A stretch of 64,000 nucleotides of DNA from Marsupella aquatica. Lineage: Eukaryota > Plantae > Marchantiophyta. The notes beneath the pieces are model-generated. The model had not been told where the DNA came from, did no database searches, and saw only the letters and a list, made by a program, of their open reading frames with translations. The stretch lies in the NCBI GenBank assembly GCA_973895155.1, contig OZ316896.1, positions 21,823,150-21,887,149 of the forward strand, in the 5' to 3' direction. Of this stretch, positions 37,193-51,084 are shown one piece after another. The number at the start of each line of letters is the position of its first letter. The stretch's first letter is position 1. Both the position numbers and the translations under genes were made by a program.

Positions 37193-37477
37193 CTGGGTAG
37201 TGTCATTTCCACAAAACTGACACATCATGTGCGATGAAAAATAGGGTCATTTTATTGATTCTAAAGGAATACTTGAGAATTTTCTCAGAAAGGAAATAAG
37301 GTCTCTTTAATCCAATTTCTGAACTTATAAGAACATTGGAGCTTTTCATCCAATGTTGGGAATGTTCCAAAATACTCCAACTTTATAAGGGTTAAAAAAA
37401 TTCTTACATTTTAGAGGGTCCAAGGCCTAAAAATGCTGCAGGTGATGAGGAGGCCTCCACATAGTGAGGCCCCTGAG
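37193..37477 (+). mobile_element. MITE-like element, family M copy A
   Basis: Similar along its length to copies at 50801 and 54656. TSD AGAACGCA (37185-37192) / AGAACACA (37478-37485). The right end is GTGAGGCCCCTGAG. Confidence 0.75.
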
Positions 37478-37701
37478 AGAACACACCAACATTCTCACCA
37501 TACCTAACAGAGCCCCCCAACCACATAAAAGGAATCAAAGTCTAAGCCAAACCAAAGACATAAGCCCCCAAAACCCCAGGAACCCACCAGAACCACACTA
37601 GGCCATATTAACGGCAAAGCAAGTGGCAAAGTAACCCAAAGTTCACAATCCCAACTAGGGCCACACCAGGCCACACTAGCAAGACAAACACTAACACCAG
37701 G

Positions 37702-38038
37702 TGCTAGGCATTTACTTTTAGGTCCAGAGTTATGAGTGTAACCATAATTAGGGCTAAACTTAGTCAGAGACTTGGTTAGGTGAGTCATGTTGCACACTAT
37801 ATCCCAAGCAATGTTTGCTTGGATAGGAAGAATTTAGGCTCATTGTTACGGAGCCAGTGGAGACATATAGAAATTGTATTGCGGAGACTCGATATGGTTA
37901 TAAAGCTCTTGTGTGTTCATGCGGAGGTAGCCTTGGCTGAGGTGACCACGTATCTCTTTGTGTCAACTACTTGTACATTGGAAGATCATGGGCATCCAAT
38001 GCACAAGTAGTCATTTTGAATGTCATCTTTGCTCAACA
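37702..38038 (-). mobile_element. 337-bp solo LTR, probably Copia
   Basis: TG...CA termini with perfect TSD CCAGG (37697-37701, 38039-38043). The reverse complement matches the copies at 48502 and 56636 (TGTTGA..., GAGATAYGTGGT(T)CACCTC..AGGCTA). Confidence 0.85.
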
Positions 38039-40344
38039 CCAGGCACCAATAAGACAACCAAGGGTCACGGAAGACTTCATTGGCAGTACCACCAAACCCT
38101 TATATCAATCCTCGTTGCACATCTAGTATCCACAACATGCAACCTAGGCTAAAAATGGGCAAGAAACCCCAAAGCCACCTACTTACCATCCCCCCTCAAT
38201 TGTTGTGGGATACAATACCGTTTGTGTGCTTCCTTCCCATAAAGCAAAGCATCTCTAACCGCGTCTCTAACAAATGCCACCAAGCCAAACTGAGCAGGGT
38301 TGTGCCTCCACATTCTCCCAGTGAATACTAAAGTAGACAGTATAACATATCGGCACATCCTCTTCTTAGAATTGTAAGTGCTCGATTCTCTTTCCTTTTT
38401 GGCTTCCAGCCAAAATAATATCAGCAAGTTTCATCCCAGATTCCCTGTTCATCATCACATTGCCAGCCGCAAACAATCCTCCCTGATCATCTAAACACTT
38501 GCACATCCCCTGCTGGGGTGCACCTAACAACATTTGACCACCGCTGCACGCCAAAGCAAAGTAGATGAGCCACTTCAGCACCAAAGGCAGAAGAGCCACT
38601 GCACCGCACCACCAAAGCATAGCAGAAACCCGATCAAGGCATTAAACCCAATCAAGGCATAGAATTGGTGTGATACAGCAAGTAAATTTGACAAAGCAGA
38701 GGGGTTAGTAATAATGAAAGGCTTTCCTAGGATCATTTTACATTTTACATTTCATATTTTCCTCTTTTGCTTCCTTCTTAGTTCTACAATTCCCAAGTAA
38801 CTATAGGGCTATTAGTCTATAATTATATAATGGCAATCAATAGCTACAGATTGGGCCTATTGTCTCAGTGAGGCCTCTAGATAGTGACTCTAAGGGCCAT
38901 CGATCTTGGGCATGTGAAGGGTCCTCAAAGTGATGGCAACTTTGACTGAGCGAGACTTTCACCCTCTTGAGGTAGTCCTTATGGAAAAGTGAGAGAGGAG
39001 TTTGAAGGGCAATAGACAGACCCTTTCCGGCCCTTGACCGAGCTCTTGACATCCCAACCTCTCAATTCTGAATGACACAAAACTTGACAGGTTACACCTG
39101 TAGTTAAATTCTCCTGTCTTTGTATTTTCCATGTAGTTGCTTGCTCCACTCCTGGTAGTCACCCACCTGCTCCTGTACTCACCCTGCAAATTGCCCTTGC
39201 CTGCATGTGTTGACAAGTGCGCTCTATCTGCTTCTGTCACTTTACAGCTCTTGCTCTCCACAGAATTTCAACTTGTGGAAATCTGCTTTAGGGTATTGTA
39301 AACATTGAACTTCAAGCAGGTCTGTTTTGGCTCCACATGGAAGGTTTCATGAGCTACAAATTTGCAAGCAGAGCACCAACAGTGCAGCATATGAAATCAC
39401 TGCCAAAATTAGTTGCTCCCAAGGATTCAAAAGCATTCACTGCCAAGAATTACCCAAGCTGGCCACAGGTACTTGGGTAAAGTGACTTTCAAAGCTATCC
39501 TTGTTGTTTGAGTTTGTTTCAATGTATATGGAGATTTGTTCATGCCAGATATAATTTGCCCAAGGGCCCTTGTTCACAATTTCCCCAGAGAAATTTTATC
39601 AAGATGGACAGTGGTGTCAAAACAATAACAAATTGTCATTCACTTAGTATGGCTATGGTAGGAATTACAATTGATCAAAATCCAGCCAAATTAGATGTTC
39701 CTTAGTCATAGAAAATCTCAGTTGTGCCCCCCGTTGTGCCATGAGAGATGGCGACAAGTTGCCAATTTTCTTTTTTGGTAACAGAAATTCAAGCAGCAAT
39801 TACCAAATCAGCACCTTCAAATGATTGTGGTCCTCAGGGTGGTGTCTGAATTAGCAGGCGCTCCCTTTTCCCACAATTCTCAATTACCTTCATGAGGGCA
39901 TTCCTTCAGATTTGATCAAAAGGGTCAATTGACATCACCGACTCAACTTTGCATGCAAAGAATAAGGCTCACAGTATTGGACTGGTTGGACCACTTTGTA
40001 AATCAGTTATCCACTTAGAATTCCTTTTGCAATAGAAAGTGAGGGTCTATTGTCTGGAGTGAAGCCTCTAGACCATGACCACAAGGACAAATTTTAAGTA
40101 TAGTGCAAACAAAAAACAGAGAGAGGGGTAGACCATGACTCTATGGGCATAACTGAAAGTGAGGATGCAAACAGAAAAAGAGGGATTTGGGCAAAGATGA
40201 ATGGGAAATAGTAAGGAAGTTTTTTTGGTGATGTAATTGATTGGTTATCAAGTTAGTTCCAGTTAAAAATGTGGTGCCTATCATAATGCCACCACCCTCC
40301 CCCCCCCCCCCACCCCTACCCCCAAAAAAAGTCACAACCATTCA

Positions 40345-40910
40345 TGTCGGACTTCAATTTACATGAACTTGGGGGCACAATCTCGCAAAACCATTTCCAG
40401 AGCTAGTCATCTGGTGGTGGGCCCCTTTATGTTGCTGATGTATACATGATTTTTTGTCAGCAACTTACCGCCTCTTGAGGTGGTCTAAAAGAATGGAGCA
40501 AGCAGCCCCTCTTCTATTCAGGGTATTGCATTTATTATTCCCAGACCTTACACATTTTGACTCAGACATTTGAACTTTACGGTGGCTTTACAAGAACTTG
40601 GGGGCAGCTATTCTTTTTTCTAAGTGAATTTTTCTAAAGTGAGAGATGCAGTCCTAGCCACTCATATGTGGGAACTGGCCACACTTCACTTTACATGAAC
40701 TTGGGGGCACAATCAAGCAAAAACATTACCAAACCTAGTCCTCTATTTTGCTGATGTGTGCAAAAGTTTTTGTCAACAACTTATTAGACCTCCTCTTGAG
40801 GTGATCTTAAAACCTGGAGCAAACGTCTGCTTCTTCTCAGGGAACTGCATTGATTACTTCCAGACCTGACACATTTTGGTTCACGCATTTTAACTTTTGT
40901 GTAAGGGAAT
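40345..40910. repeat. Two tandem copies of a ~230-bp dispersed repeat; third copy at ~59120-59345
   Basis: Shared TTTACATGAACTTGGGGGCACAATC..., CTCTTGAGGTGRTCTWAAA and ACACATTTTGRYTCA..CATTT blocks. Family not identified. Confidence 0.8.
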
Positions 40911-42069
40911 GGCCATCAACTTTGCTTTGGATGGAATGACACTGAACTGCCGCCACCATGTTGTAAAGCCCCCTTAGTTTAGGGAACTGGCTCCCGTCGG
41001 TGCTTGGGATGGAGAGACAATGAACACCCCCACCATCTTGTAAAACCCCCCTAGAATCTACTAGGATAGCCAGTCTTGACTACCATACCTCATTTGCAAA
41101 GAATCTGCATGTAGTTGAATTGCTTTCAAATCCAAGAAGAGAGACTTTTTCGCCACAACCATTATTAAGATGTGAACCTATGTAAAGTCAGGGTGAAGAT
41201 TCTTTGGCATCTACGTTTTACTTTCTATTTTTGTGTGATCCCTCCCTTATGAATATTGGGGGTTTGTCTTATGTACAATACTGTTCTGGAGTTTTCCTGC
41301 TTTGATCTGATTTCGAGCTTTAGGAAAATAAAAAAAACACTTCTTTCTAATTCGAGCTTCTCGCCATTCCAACAAAACAAAAGGATGTTCAGGACATCCG
41401 CGACAAACAAACTAAACCCAAACAACCACTGTAGCATCCTATCTCATATTAATGATCAATTAACTCAGCCTCCACATCTGAGCCGTTGGTATCCTGCATC
41501 GATGGTCACCATGAGACTACTGGGGCGTCATAATGGCGACCGAGTACAGCTGCGCATGACAGTCATCACCATTACGGCTGCACGATACCATCATACAAGG
41601 TACATACATTAGGCAGTGGTCCCGTATTATAATCTGTAGTGGTTCGTATCCCACCGGCTATAAGCCGCAACTCCGCAAGGGTCTGGAGCGTCGACCGGGG
41701 TCCGGGACTCCGGGCTTCACCAGTTCGCCGGTGGGAAGGTGGAGTGCGGTAGTGCGGTACAATGGTAGTTTCGGGATCGTGGGAGGGCTGTCCCTAGGGA
41801 GAGCCCGGTCAAGCGCCTGACCAGCGGGTGTCGGTACCAGCCGGCGACTGACCGAAGTTAGTTTTGCCACAGTCGAGTTAGTGTTGTCATGACCTGACTG
41901 GTGCAGACTGCCATAATAATTCGTGGCGTGGGAATGTGAACTCGGACACAGTGGTGGTACATAGTACATGAGAGTATGACAGCACGCCCATTCCATTTTA
42001 CCGTTTTTAATTTTGTGCCCTAAATTTTGTTCTCCTGAATCGGTCAAAATTCTTGACTTGTGGCTTAAA

Positions 42070-43280
42070 TACATTAAATTATAAATGTGTCCCCCGTTTT
42101 GTAAACAGTTTCACGTGAAATAGCACATTAAATTTATTTCAAGTTAATGTTTCCTAATTTTTGGGGGTACTTTGCACTATGTTCTTGTCCCCAAAGCCTA
42201 GCACATTAAATTTATTTGCGTCAAGATGTTTACTAATTTTTTCTGTCCCCAAGAATTGTCCCCAAGAAATATACTTCTGGGTCCCCTAAATGCAAAGTAA
42301 TTCTTCGTGAACTCATGAGTGATACAAACAATTAATAGATCTCAAATAAATATACTCAAAAGTTCATGTGATCTGATGTGTCTATCAACTAATGTGTTTA
42401 CCAACTAAGACATTTCAATTTAGAGATCCATATATAAATACACTATTCACCCTAATTAGTGTTATATAAAAATTAATATTAATATATAATTAGTATTATT
42501 AACATTAATTTTGGTAAAATTTATTTTGAACCCAAATAATATTAATTTTTGTTGATTTTCCAAACAATTTTGTTCACTTTAGTATAAAGTGCTTGTAAAA
42601 AATGGCTCATCTTTAGTCCAAAGTAACACTAATTGTTGTGAATTTTTCAAAATAATTTTTTTACTTTATTTTGTCACTTTTAAAACCATAGTAACACTAA
42701 TTCATGTGCACAAAAAATAATGTTAGCATAAAATTAGTGTGATTAACACTAATTTACGAATATACCCTAAAAATTGGTGTTTTTAAATTAATGTTAGTCA
42801 CACTAATTATGATAAACATCTTAAATGTTTATGTTCCCAATGCCTACTATTTGTTTGCATTGCAATAATTATAAATATTTAATATTATTACATCAAAATA
42901 ATAATAACATGTTGTATATTTTTATGTAATTACCTTCATTCAAAATTGGTGGTGCTAAAAAAAAGTAATCAATCAACAGAATACATAAAATCAAGAATAA
43001 ATAAAATATGACTGGAATTTTTTTCACATAAAAAAATTAAATGGTGGAAAAAAAGACAAAAAAGTGAATTAACTCCTCTTGCATGGACTAGTATCAAGGA
43101 GGGCCCTCATTTTGTCATCATAGATGCACAAGAAAACAATATTGATTGCATAGAAAATATTAATTGAATGAAATAAAACATAATATTTTATTTAGTGCGA
43201 AAGAAAAAAATCACGATAATACCATATATTCTAAAAATTGCACATTTAAAAAATCAAGAAAATATGATAACCAATTCTAG
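42070..43280. repeat. Very AT-rich tract with recurring ACACTAATT/AATTAGTGT motifs and a local duplication (TAGCACATTAAATTTATTT x2); likely a non-autonomous DNA transposon or Helitron body
   Basis: The composition shift and repeated motifs in both orientations are visible; termini were not resolved. Confidence 0.45.
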
Positions 43281-44303
43281 TTATTGGTCGTTATGTTGGG
43301 GTCAACTTGCTGGAAGGTAGCTTTTTAGAATTTTTGGGGAAAGCCCAAAGAGACTACATCCTCCAAAAAGGCAGGCCGTAAAATATGCGAACTCATGAAG
43401 ATCCCGTTTTTTCTATGAGCATTGTACTTCGCAAGGCGACTGTGGTGGAGGTGCTTGGTACAAGGGGGCATTATCCAAGATCTCCCCTTTTCCACATTCC
43501 ACTCACTTTTTTCCATTTTTCTCCACAATTTCAGAAAAAACTAGTGTCAATAGTAGCTACAGGCAACAGTCTGTAGTGTGATTTAAGTCCTCCTCTTTGG
43601 AGTGGTTGCACTCCTGAGGTGGCTTGACTCCCACAATCCCTGCAAGCTGGTTTGAGTGCAAGATGAAATTGGGGTTTGGTTTACCATTAGAAACCTCCTT
43701 CGGGCACTTCTTTCATTTAGCTTAGACTCTTGGCCTAGAGTTGTGTACCCATTTGGAATCTCCCCCCCCCCCCCCCTAAAACCAAAAAAGAGAGAGCTAA
43801 AGAAGAGTTGATAGTTTCCTTAGAGATCAAGTGTATGAGAAGAAAAGTCCAAAGTTGGGCTCAGAAGGATTTAGCCCATTGCTTCATGAGGCAGGACTTA
43901 ATTTTACAGACTGAGTACTAAATGACCAAACCTCTCCTTTCGTTTTAGATGAGAAAGAACCACATCTCATGCATAGGTATGACTCCCAGTTTGACATTGG
44001 TTTGAGGTTCTTTCAGCTGGACGCCCCTTCATTAGATATTTGGAGTTGTCCTTCTTCCTTAGAAAGCGGTACTGTAAGTGTGCTTTGCAATTGGGCTCAG
44101 TACCAGCCATGTATTCTCATCAACTTTTTGCGTAGATATTACCTGGAAAACTGTCTGGTGACCAGTTTAAAGTATGGATTTCCCCCTTAAATTTGCCAAA
44201 TACTTATCTAGCTTATGGCTTGAAACACCAGGTCTGATGGTTCTCCTAAAATCTAGGGAAATCAGATGGCTTACATGAATTCATCAGAAACTAGTTCTGA
44301 GGG

Positions 44304-44478
44304 CCAAGAAAATACTTAAGAGGACCCCTCTAGCATCTCCTGGACTTAACCAGACCCTTAGGAGTAAGATGCCATCAAGACTTGGGCAAGATGGAGGTCC
44401 TGTTAAGTCTTTATGGCATCTTGCTGGACTGTTAATAAGTCCAGGGATGCCAAAGGGGTCTGTTAAGTCTTTTCTTGG
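44304..44478. mobile_element. ~175-bp foldback (MITE-like, possibly MULE-derived)
   Basis: The left arm CCAAGAAAATACTTAAGAGGACCCCTCTAGCATCTCCTGGACTTA...AAGATGCCATCAAGACTT pairs with the right arm AAGTCTTTATGGCATCTT...TAAGTCCAGGGATGCCAAAGGGGTCTGTTAAGTCTTTTCTTGG. GAGGGC lies on both flanks as a possible degenerate TSD. Confidence 0.8.
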
Positions 44479-46447
44479 GGGAGGGCTGAAGTCACCACAC
44501 ACATTCAACGGGAAACAATGGCTGGTCATTACTTTGGCTGCCTTGGCTGGGCATTGAAGAGCGCAAGTGAGAGTTTAGCTCATTTCAGTCTCAAGTCAGG
44601 GTTGGGTCTTTCTCATACTATACTTTAAGTTTGACTCATTTTCGGAGCTGGTCACCTGACCTTTCTGGACATACGCTCAACTGACCTTATATTTATATGC
44701 TCGTTTTGAAAGGAGGGTGAGCAAACCTTGTATGTCCTTACATTGGCCTTCACTGAATCGTATTAGACAAGTAAGTAATTTGAAAAGGAAGAAAAATAAG
44801 TTTGAACATCTCGTGTGTCCTCACTTTTGGCCACAAGGCAAGGTGTCACCTACAGGTTTATGCATGTTTTGAGTTTGGTTTTACGTGTGTGTTTGTGGTC
44901 CTTGGATAACCCTGCATCAGGACCTTGCATAACAGCATGAGTGCATTCTTTTCAACATGAGGCATTACTGCCATATTTTCAAAGGAAAATATTAAAATAT
45001 TAAAATATTATTTTATCCACCAGGTCCTATAAGAGCTCTCGCAATAACTTTCCACTTCATGACGGCAACAACTTTCGAACCTAGAGTTTTGTGCGGTCCT
45101 ATTTCTTCTTCTACTTTTTAGGTTTGGGTGGATAGTCTAGCACGCTAACTCACATACACATGTTAGGACCCCCTATTTCTGGTTGCACTCTAACCTAGGA
45201 ATCACTTAGTTTGTAAAGAATAGACTAAGGACTACAATGGCCCACTGGGTCAACCCTACAGAACCAGGTCTGTCAGTGAGTGGCTTTTGTGGAGGTATAT
45301 GCTTAATAGACCCCAAAACAACAGTTTATTGCTTGATAGACCTTAAATCCACTTGTTACCCAATCGACCACCTCTGACTGTTTCTTACTGGTGGTTCTTG
45401 TGAGGTGCACTACTGACAGAGTTTACCACCGTGAATTTAAATTTGCTATGATTTGTCGTTGTGGTATGCCGTAGTCATGTCAAGCCAGTGCAATCTGCAT
45501 AGGTAACTATGATGCAATTTTGAGTATTTTTATGCTTGAAGACAGATCTAGTATGGTCATCAGGTGTTTAGGGGAGATAGCAACCCAGTTTTACTACCTC
45601 TCAACCTGAGAGCCTCCACAATGTTCATTACTGCTTTGTTGAAAATCTTCAGAAGTGCATTCATTAGGGACAAATCTGTTCCTGGATTTTCCCCACTTAC
45701 AGATGCTTTCCTGGATTTGTGCAGATTTAGCACAAATCTGCACAAAAATTATTAAATGTTTTCAACCCTTTATATCACAATACCATTCATGACAGCCAAA
45801 GAATCCAAACACCTGTCAAAATTTTCAAATTCCATGAAACTTTTGCCCCTATTGGGTTTGAGCTGCCTTTGCTTTCATTGCAAACAATTGAAGAAACTTT
45901 GCATTATGCATTCTCAACAAAGTAGCGATGAACATAGGCATCATTCAATACACAAGGATTAACAATTAAACAACAAGAACAATTGATGATGATGTTAAAT
46001 TCTTACACACCTAGTTGTTAGCTTGTCCCATCAAGGATCCTGGCCACATCTTAAATCTATGTGCAACTGCATCTTATTCTTGGGCACGCTGTATCCCACA
46101 GTGGTAACCTGTCACATTCATGAATATATGTCCACTTCACACAGATCCCCGGCCCTCTACGCAAAAGATGCACAATGGCATCATCCTCTCCAACAATGAA
46201 CCTCCCAAAGTGTAGCTCACAACACTATAGGCCACCCAGAGATCATGCAAACGCCGACAAAAAGACAATGAGCCTCCCCATAATCTCCAGCCCACCTATG
46301 ACAGACAGATATTGTCCTGAAAAATGTGAAACAATGAACATCTGGACCCCATTATGTGAGGATGATTTCACAATGAACATCTGAAGACATTACACATATT
46401 GTCTTCACATGATTTTTGAAATACTTGGTCGTTGCAGCCTCGGTCAA

Positions 46448-46520
46448 CCCTTAACCAAGCGGTTGATGGTTTTGTCAAGTCGCTTGCACCCATGGTCATG
46501 AATTGGGTTCACATTCTCAT
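46448..46520 (+). mobile_element. Possible degenerate tRNA-derived SINE head
   Basis: A-box-like TAACCAAGCGG (46452) and B-box-like GGTTCACATTC (46506); no cloverleaf. Confidence 0.3.
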
Positions 46521-47379
46521 ATATGTACACAGTATAATACCCCATACGAGAACATTTCACCGGAAACTGGGCGCGTCAATTGGATAACAAATGGACTTTG
46601 GGGGTTGATCAGGAAGAAACTCTTGTTTGGGATCTGTTAAGCATGTACCTTGGCTTTTCTGCTTAGTCTTATGTCATTATCATCCGCCCAAGCCACGCAC
46701 CCTCCCCCCCCCACACCCGCCCCCCCCCCCCCCCCCGGGGCGGTCACCACTACCCCCAACAAAGAGACAGGTATACTTCAGAGTTGTTTTTCTCTGTCAA
46801 CTTGTTTGGTTCCTTTAGAGTTTCCCCAACAAAGACATAGATTCACTTGAGAGTTGCTTTTCTTTGCCAGATTGTTTAGCTCCTTGAGAGTTTCGATTTT
46901 GTCCTTTCTTAAACTTCTTTTGCTTTTCTCCGTTGTACTTTGTTTGGCCTTTATTAGTTAATTGGTCCTTTTTCTTACTTTAGAGTGGGCGGCTTGCAAT
47001 TATCAGTTCTATTACAAGCATAGGCGATGCACCTCCATGCGTCGACAGCATATTAACAACATTTTAAATTAAAGGCTTTCAATGGGATGAGGCAGGTTCC
47101 TCTCCCCTTTTCCCTTAAAAGAGATCAAATTTGAGCCCTATGCGTTATGATACACCGCAAAAGCAATGTCTAGGGGATTCCCTAAGTCTAGGGAAGTGAG
47201 CCCATGCAACATGTCTACAGTACTGCACTTCTACATGCCTTCTATCTAGGGATATGTGCCCATTGTCACCCATCCTCACATGGATCAGGCGTGTAGAGTT
47301 ATTTAGTAGATTACTATAAGAAAGATCGGTAGTGGAGAAAAGGGAGCTTGGATGGACAACCACCTTTGCAAAATATGCT

Positions 47380-48310
47380 TGGATGGACCGCACCAGAACA
47401 ATGAGATTCGCTAGGAAAGCACATTTTACAACTAAAGAAAACAACGAAACTACCTTAGTTGACAATACTGTTTATAAAATCATTGCCAAGCTTATTGCCA
47501 TCCGACTCAAAGTACTCCTGCATGAAATGATCAGCACTCAGCAGACTGAATTATTCATGGAAGACAGACTCTAGAAAATATATCTCTTGCATGTCTGACA
47601 AGAGATTGGATGAATCAACAGAAGCTGAAACCCTTGTTTCTAAATTAGACTATTTGGATAGATTCAATCATTTGTACATGTGGGAGACCATGCTGCTTTG
47701 GGGAATAGTAGTCAAATCATCAACATTCTGAAAGCTCTGCAACAGGACCTCCTCTAGGGTTCTAGTGAATGGGCAGCTTTCAAAATCAACTGACATTAGG
47801 CCGAGAATGAGGCAAGGCTGCCCTTTGTCACCAATTCTGTTTGTGATATCTACACAACCACTCACCAATTTTCTTGACATGAAAATGGCAGAGGGAAGAT
47901 CGAGTGGAATATTAATGAATAATGATCTTCCAGATTGCTACCATCTGTTCGCAGATGATTGGTATGTTTATTCCTGCCACCAAGCATGCTTTCAATGAGG
48001 CTAAAAAAGCTTTGTTCTATTATCAAGATGCAAATGGGACCGATGGAATTTACAAAAGTCCATTATAATTCTGCTGGCAATAGATATAGTTCCAAATTGG
48101 CTTAGGGGGACAGGTTGCAAGATTTCCAGGACAGGAGAGGTGCAAAAGTCTACGGGGGTGCTATTTGGCTGTGGTTTGAAGGTGGAACTCTTCTATCAAT
48201 TTGTCAAGACACAATAGTGGCTTAGCTTGATCTAATAAGCTTGGTCATCCATGGGGATACTTCTGCTGGTTAAAACATGTTTTGCAGACCAACTCCAATA
48301 TAAAGTGTGA
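47380..48310 (+). mobile_element. Degenerate L1-type LINE reverse transcriptase fragment
   Basis: NTVYKIIAKLIAIRLKVLLHEMISTQQT, VNGQLSKSTDIRPRMRQGCPLSPILFVI and HLFADD, broken by frameshifts and stops. Confidence 0.9.
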
Positions 48311-48501
48311 TGTTCTTTTAATTTTTTTGAAGAATTGGGTATCCCTCAAGGATAGTGCATACAAGATGTTGCAAGATGCTGGAAAGTATTGCACTCTTGG
48401 GATGATATGACAGTTTTTCTGTTGAGGTAATTGCTGGACAGCTGGGCATTAGAAGTATAGTTGATCATCAATGGTTGGAGCCAAGGCATTCTTGGTGCAA
48501 T

Positions 48502-48869
48502 TGTTGAGAGAAAATGTGACCTGCAATTATGGCATGCACACAAAATATCCAATGACCAAGTAGTCAACATATAGAGATACAACATATAGAGATACGTGGT
48601 TCACCTCCAATGAGGCTATGTCCTCAAGAACACTCAAAAGCTTTCAATTGCATTTTAGGTCCATCAGCCATACCAAGTCTTTGCAGCACAAGCTCTCCCT
48701 ATCTCTCAAGTGACTCCATCATAGTCAGCTTGACTTCCTCCTCCACAAGAAAATATTACTTGCGTATATAGGATGCAACACACAACTAACCTAACCAAGT
48801 CTGCAACTTGGTTAACCTAGAACTTATATTTCGTAGCATAATTAATGGTGTGAGAGACTCAATTAAACA
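48502..48869 (+). mobile_element. LTR of the same family as the 37702 solo LTR
   Basis: Starts TGTTGAGAG and shares GAGATACGTGGTTCACCTC..AGGCTA, CCATACCAAGTCT and CCTAACCAAGTCT. It abuts Copia coding remnants; no TSD. Confidence 0.7.
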
Positions 48870-49965
48870 TTGTTTATTGGAGTGGTCACAAAGGATGTTG
48901 AGCCAAGTAGGTTAAATACCCAAAATTTCTGGGCGTGGCTAGAAGCTATCAACAATGCAACTTATTTGATAAATACTTATCCTTCTAGTGCAATCAATAT
49001 CAAAATGCATTATCAACAACAATTAGACTATCGTGACTTGGTAGCTAGTTTTGGGAAGTGATATATATGCTCTCACACCAAGTTGGATCTTATGTTCAAG
49101 AAACATGTTTTTCTTGGGTGATGAGAAGGCCTACACACTATGCTATCCTATTGCCTGTAAGTTGTTTGTCAATAAGGATGTTTCCTTCAATGAATCCAAG
49201 ATATTGAAGGAGGGGGAGAATGCTCAAGTCTTCCATACTTACACATGTAAATCTAGCTCCTATCCTAGATCTCATTGAAGGGGAGATCTATCATAGGTTA
49301 CATGATAGTAGAAAAGAACACAAAGCATGGAGCTAATTCCTGTACCATGGGACTAGAGAAGTTTTTTGATGTTGGTGAGCAATAGGTGGTAATTAGTGCT
49401 TAGCCTCAAATCCCACCAGCAAATGCAAATCAACTAGACTTGTCAACTAAGAGGACATCCGGTTTCTCTCTACGCTCTCCTCCCATGTATGGACAGTGGG
49501 TTTATTTATCATAGTTGCAGGAAGAGGATGAATTTTGTTGTTGATAATGAGAGTGATGCTTCAATTTTGGAGAAAAGAGATTCTTCTTCATTTCACGAGG
49601 CAAGTGCTTCAAAGGAGAAGCATAAGTGGACTGCAGTAACAATGCAAACAAAGATGTAGTCACTAAATGACACAAAATTTGGGAGCAAGTCAAGTTGTTT
49701 GATGGTTAGCAAGTGATAGGGTCGACAAGAAGTGGCGAGGGAAGTGGTTTACAAGCTGAAGGGGGATAAAACATCTAGTACGTACATAGGAGAAAAGTGT
49801 GGATTGTAATGAGGTCTTCTCACTAATTGCTAAGTACTCTACAGGATGACTATTGCGTGTACACTTGTTATGTTTGGCCTGCTGATGGATCAAATGGATG
49901 TTATCATAATGTTCCTCTATGGCACCTTGGAAGAAGTGATCTTCATGAGACAACCACTTGGTTAC
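48870..49965 (+). mobile_element. Degenerate Ty1/Copia integrase-to-RT remnant
   Basis: FWAWLEAINNATYLINTYPSSAIN and FLGDEKAYTLCYP..KLFVNKDVSFNES (integrase/SH3), then VDCNEVFS and QMDVIIMFLYGTLEEVIFMRQPLG (RT). This is the Copia domain order. Confidence 0.85.
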
Positions 49966-50800
49966 TCATATATTGGTGTAATATGTATTATATGAGCAAA
50001 AACCAAGGGTTTCACTATGGTCCATTGGTGTTGCAAAATCACTCCCAAGATCAGTCCAAGCAATTTGGCAAATGCACAGGTCCATCCTCACTTAGATTTC
50101 TCTATCCCTAGTCTGTAACCTTAGTAACCAATTGTGTGCCACCCCCTTATAACAATCTCCACATACTAAAATTCACCAAGACATTTCCACTGTCCCTGAT
50201 GTAGGATAACAGAACAATCATGTGGATTGTCCTAGTCAACTCGGCTATTGGAAGGATGACACTATTGTTAATAGGAGAAAAGCAAAGTGGCTCCCTTCAA
50301 CGGGATCTGCAACAACTCCATCTCCAAGAACATGGACTCCCACCCAAGGAAAAACCAGATCACCCCACCGCCAGTCAAGAACTCCATTCCAAGGGGAAGC
50401 ACATGCTTTTGCTCCATAGCAACATGGTATCTTGAATCCTGGGCTATGGCCGCCACCATGTCACAAATGTTGTTCTCTAGGATCCAAAGACACCCCACAT
50501 TCAAACACAAGTAGGTTGGCCAAGGAGGCAGGGGTGAGCTAGGTATTCCCAAGACAAAGGGCAAAGACGTGGTAAAGAGGAAGGAGCCATACAAAAAGGC
50601 CCCAACAAAGGACTAGCAGATAGCCAGACACAAAAACCAGTACTTGCACAAGATAAGAGGGAAGCCCAAACTGAGTCTGAAGATGTGTTAGTGAACATGC
50701 TGGAAAGGAAAGGGTGTGACGATGCATACAATCAAAAATCATCTGCTGAACAGGATCTGGGCTGTCAAAGACCATCTCCATGAAGTGATTGGGCCTGACA

Positions 50801-51084
50801 CTTGGGGGTTTCACAATATGGAGGCCTCCCCATCACTTGTGACATTTTTTAGGCCTCGTATCCCCTAAAATGTAAGAAATTGTTTTAATTTTTTAACCCC
50901 TATAAAGTTAGAATAATCCAAAATTTGATTATAAAGACCCTAATGTTCTTATAAGTCTCAAATTGGATTTAACAGACCTTATTGTTCTTCTGAGAAAATA
51001 CTTAATTCTTCCATTGGAACCAATAAAATAACCTATACTTTGTCACACCTGATGTGCCATATTTATGGATATGAAACCCCCGAG
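50801..51084 (-). mobile_element. MITE-like element, family M copy B (inverted)
   Basis: TIRs CTTGGGGGTTTCAC / ATGAAACCCCCGAG. TSD GCCTGACA (50793-50800) / GCCTAGCA (51085-51092). Confidence 0.8.

Noticed and set aside
41610-41660. tRNA gene suggested by GGTTCGTATCCC
   Set aside because: No acceptor, D or anticodon stems can be built.
46695-46740. Poly-C tract giving a polyproline ORF (similar tracts at 40290 and 43761)
   Set aside because: A simple homopolymer in TE DNA with no coding support.
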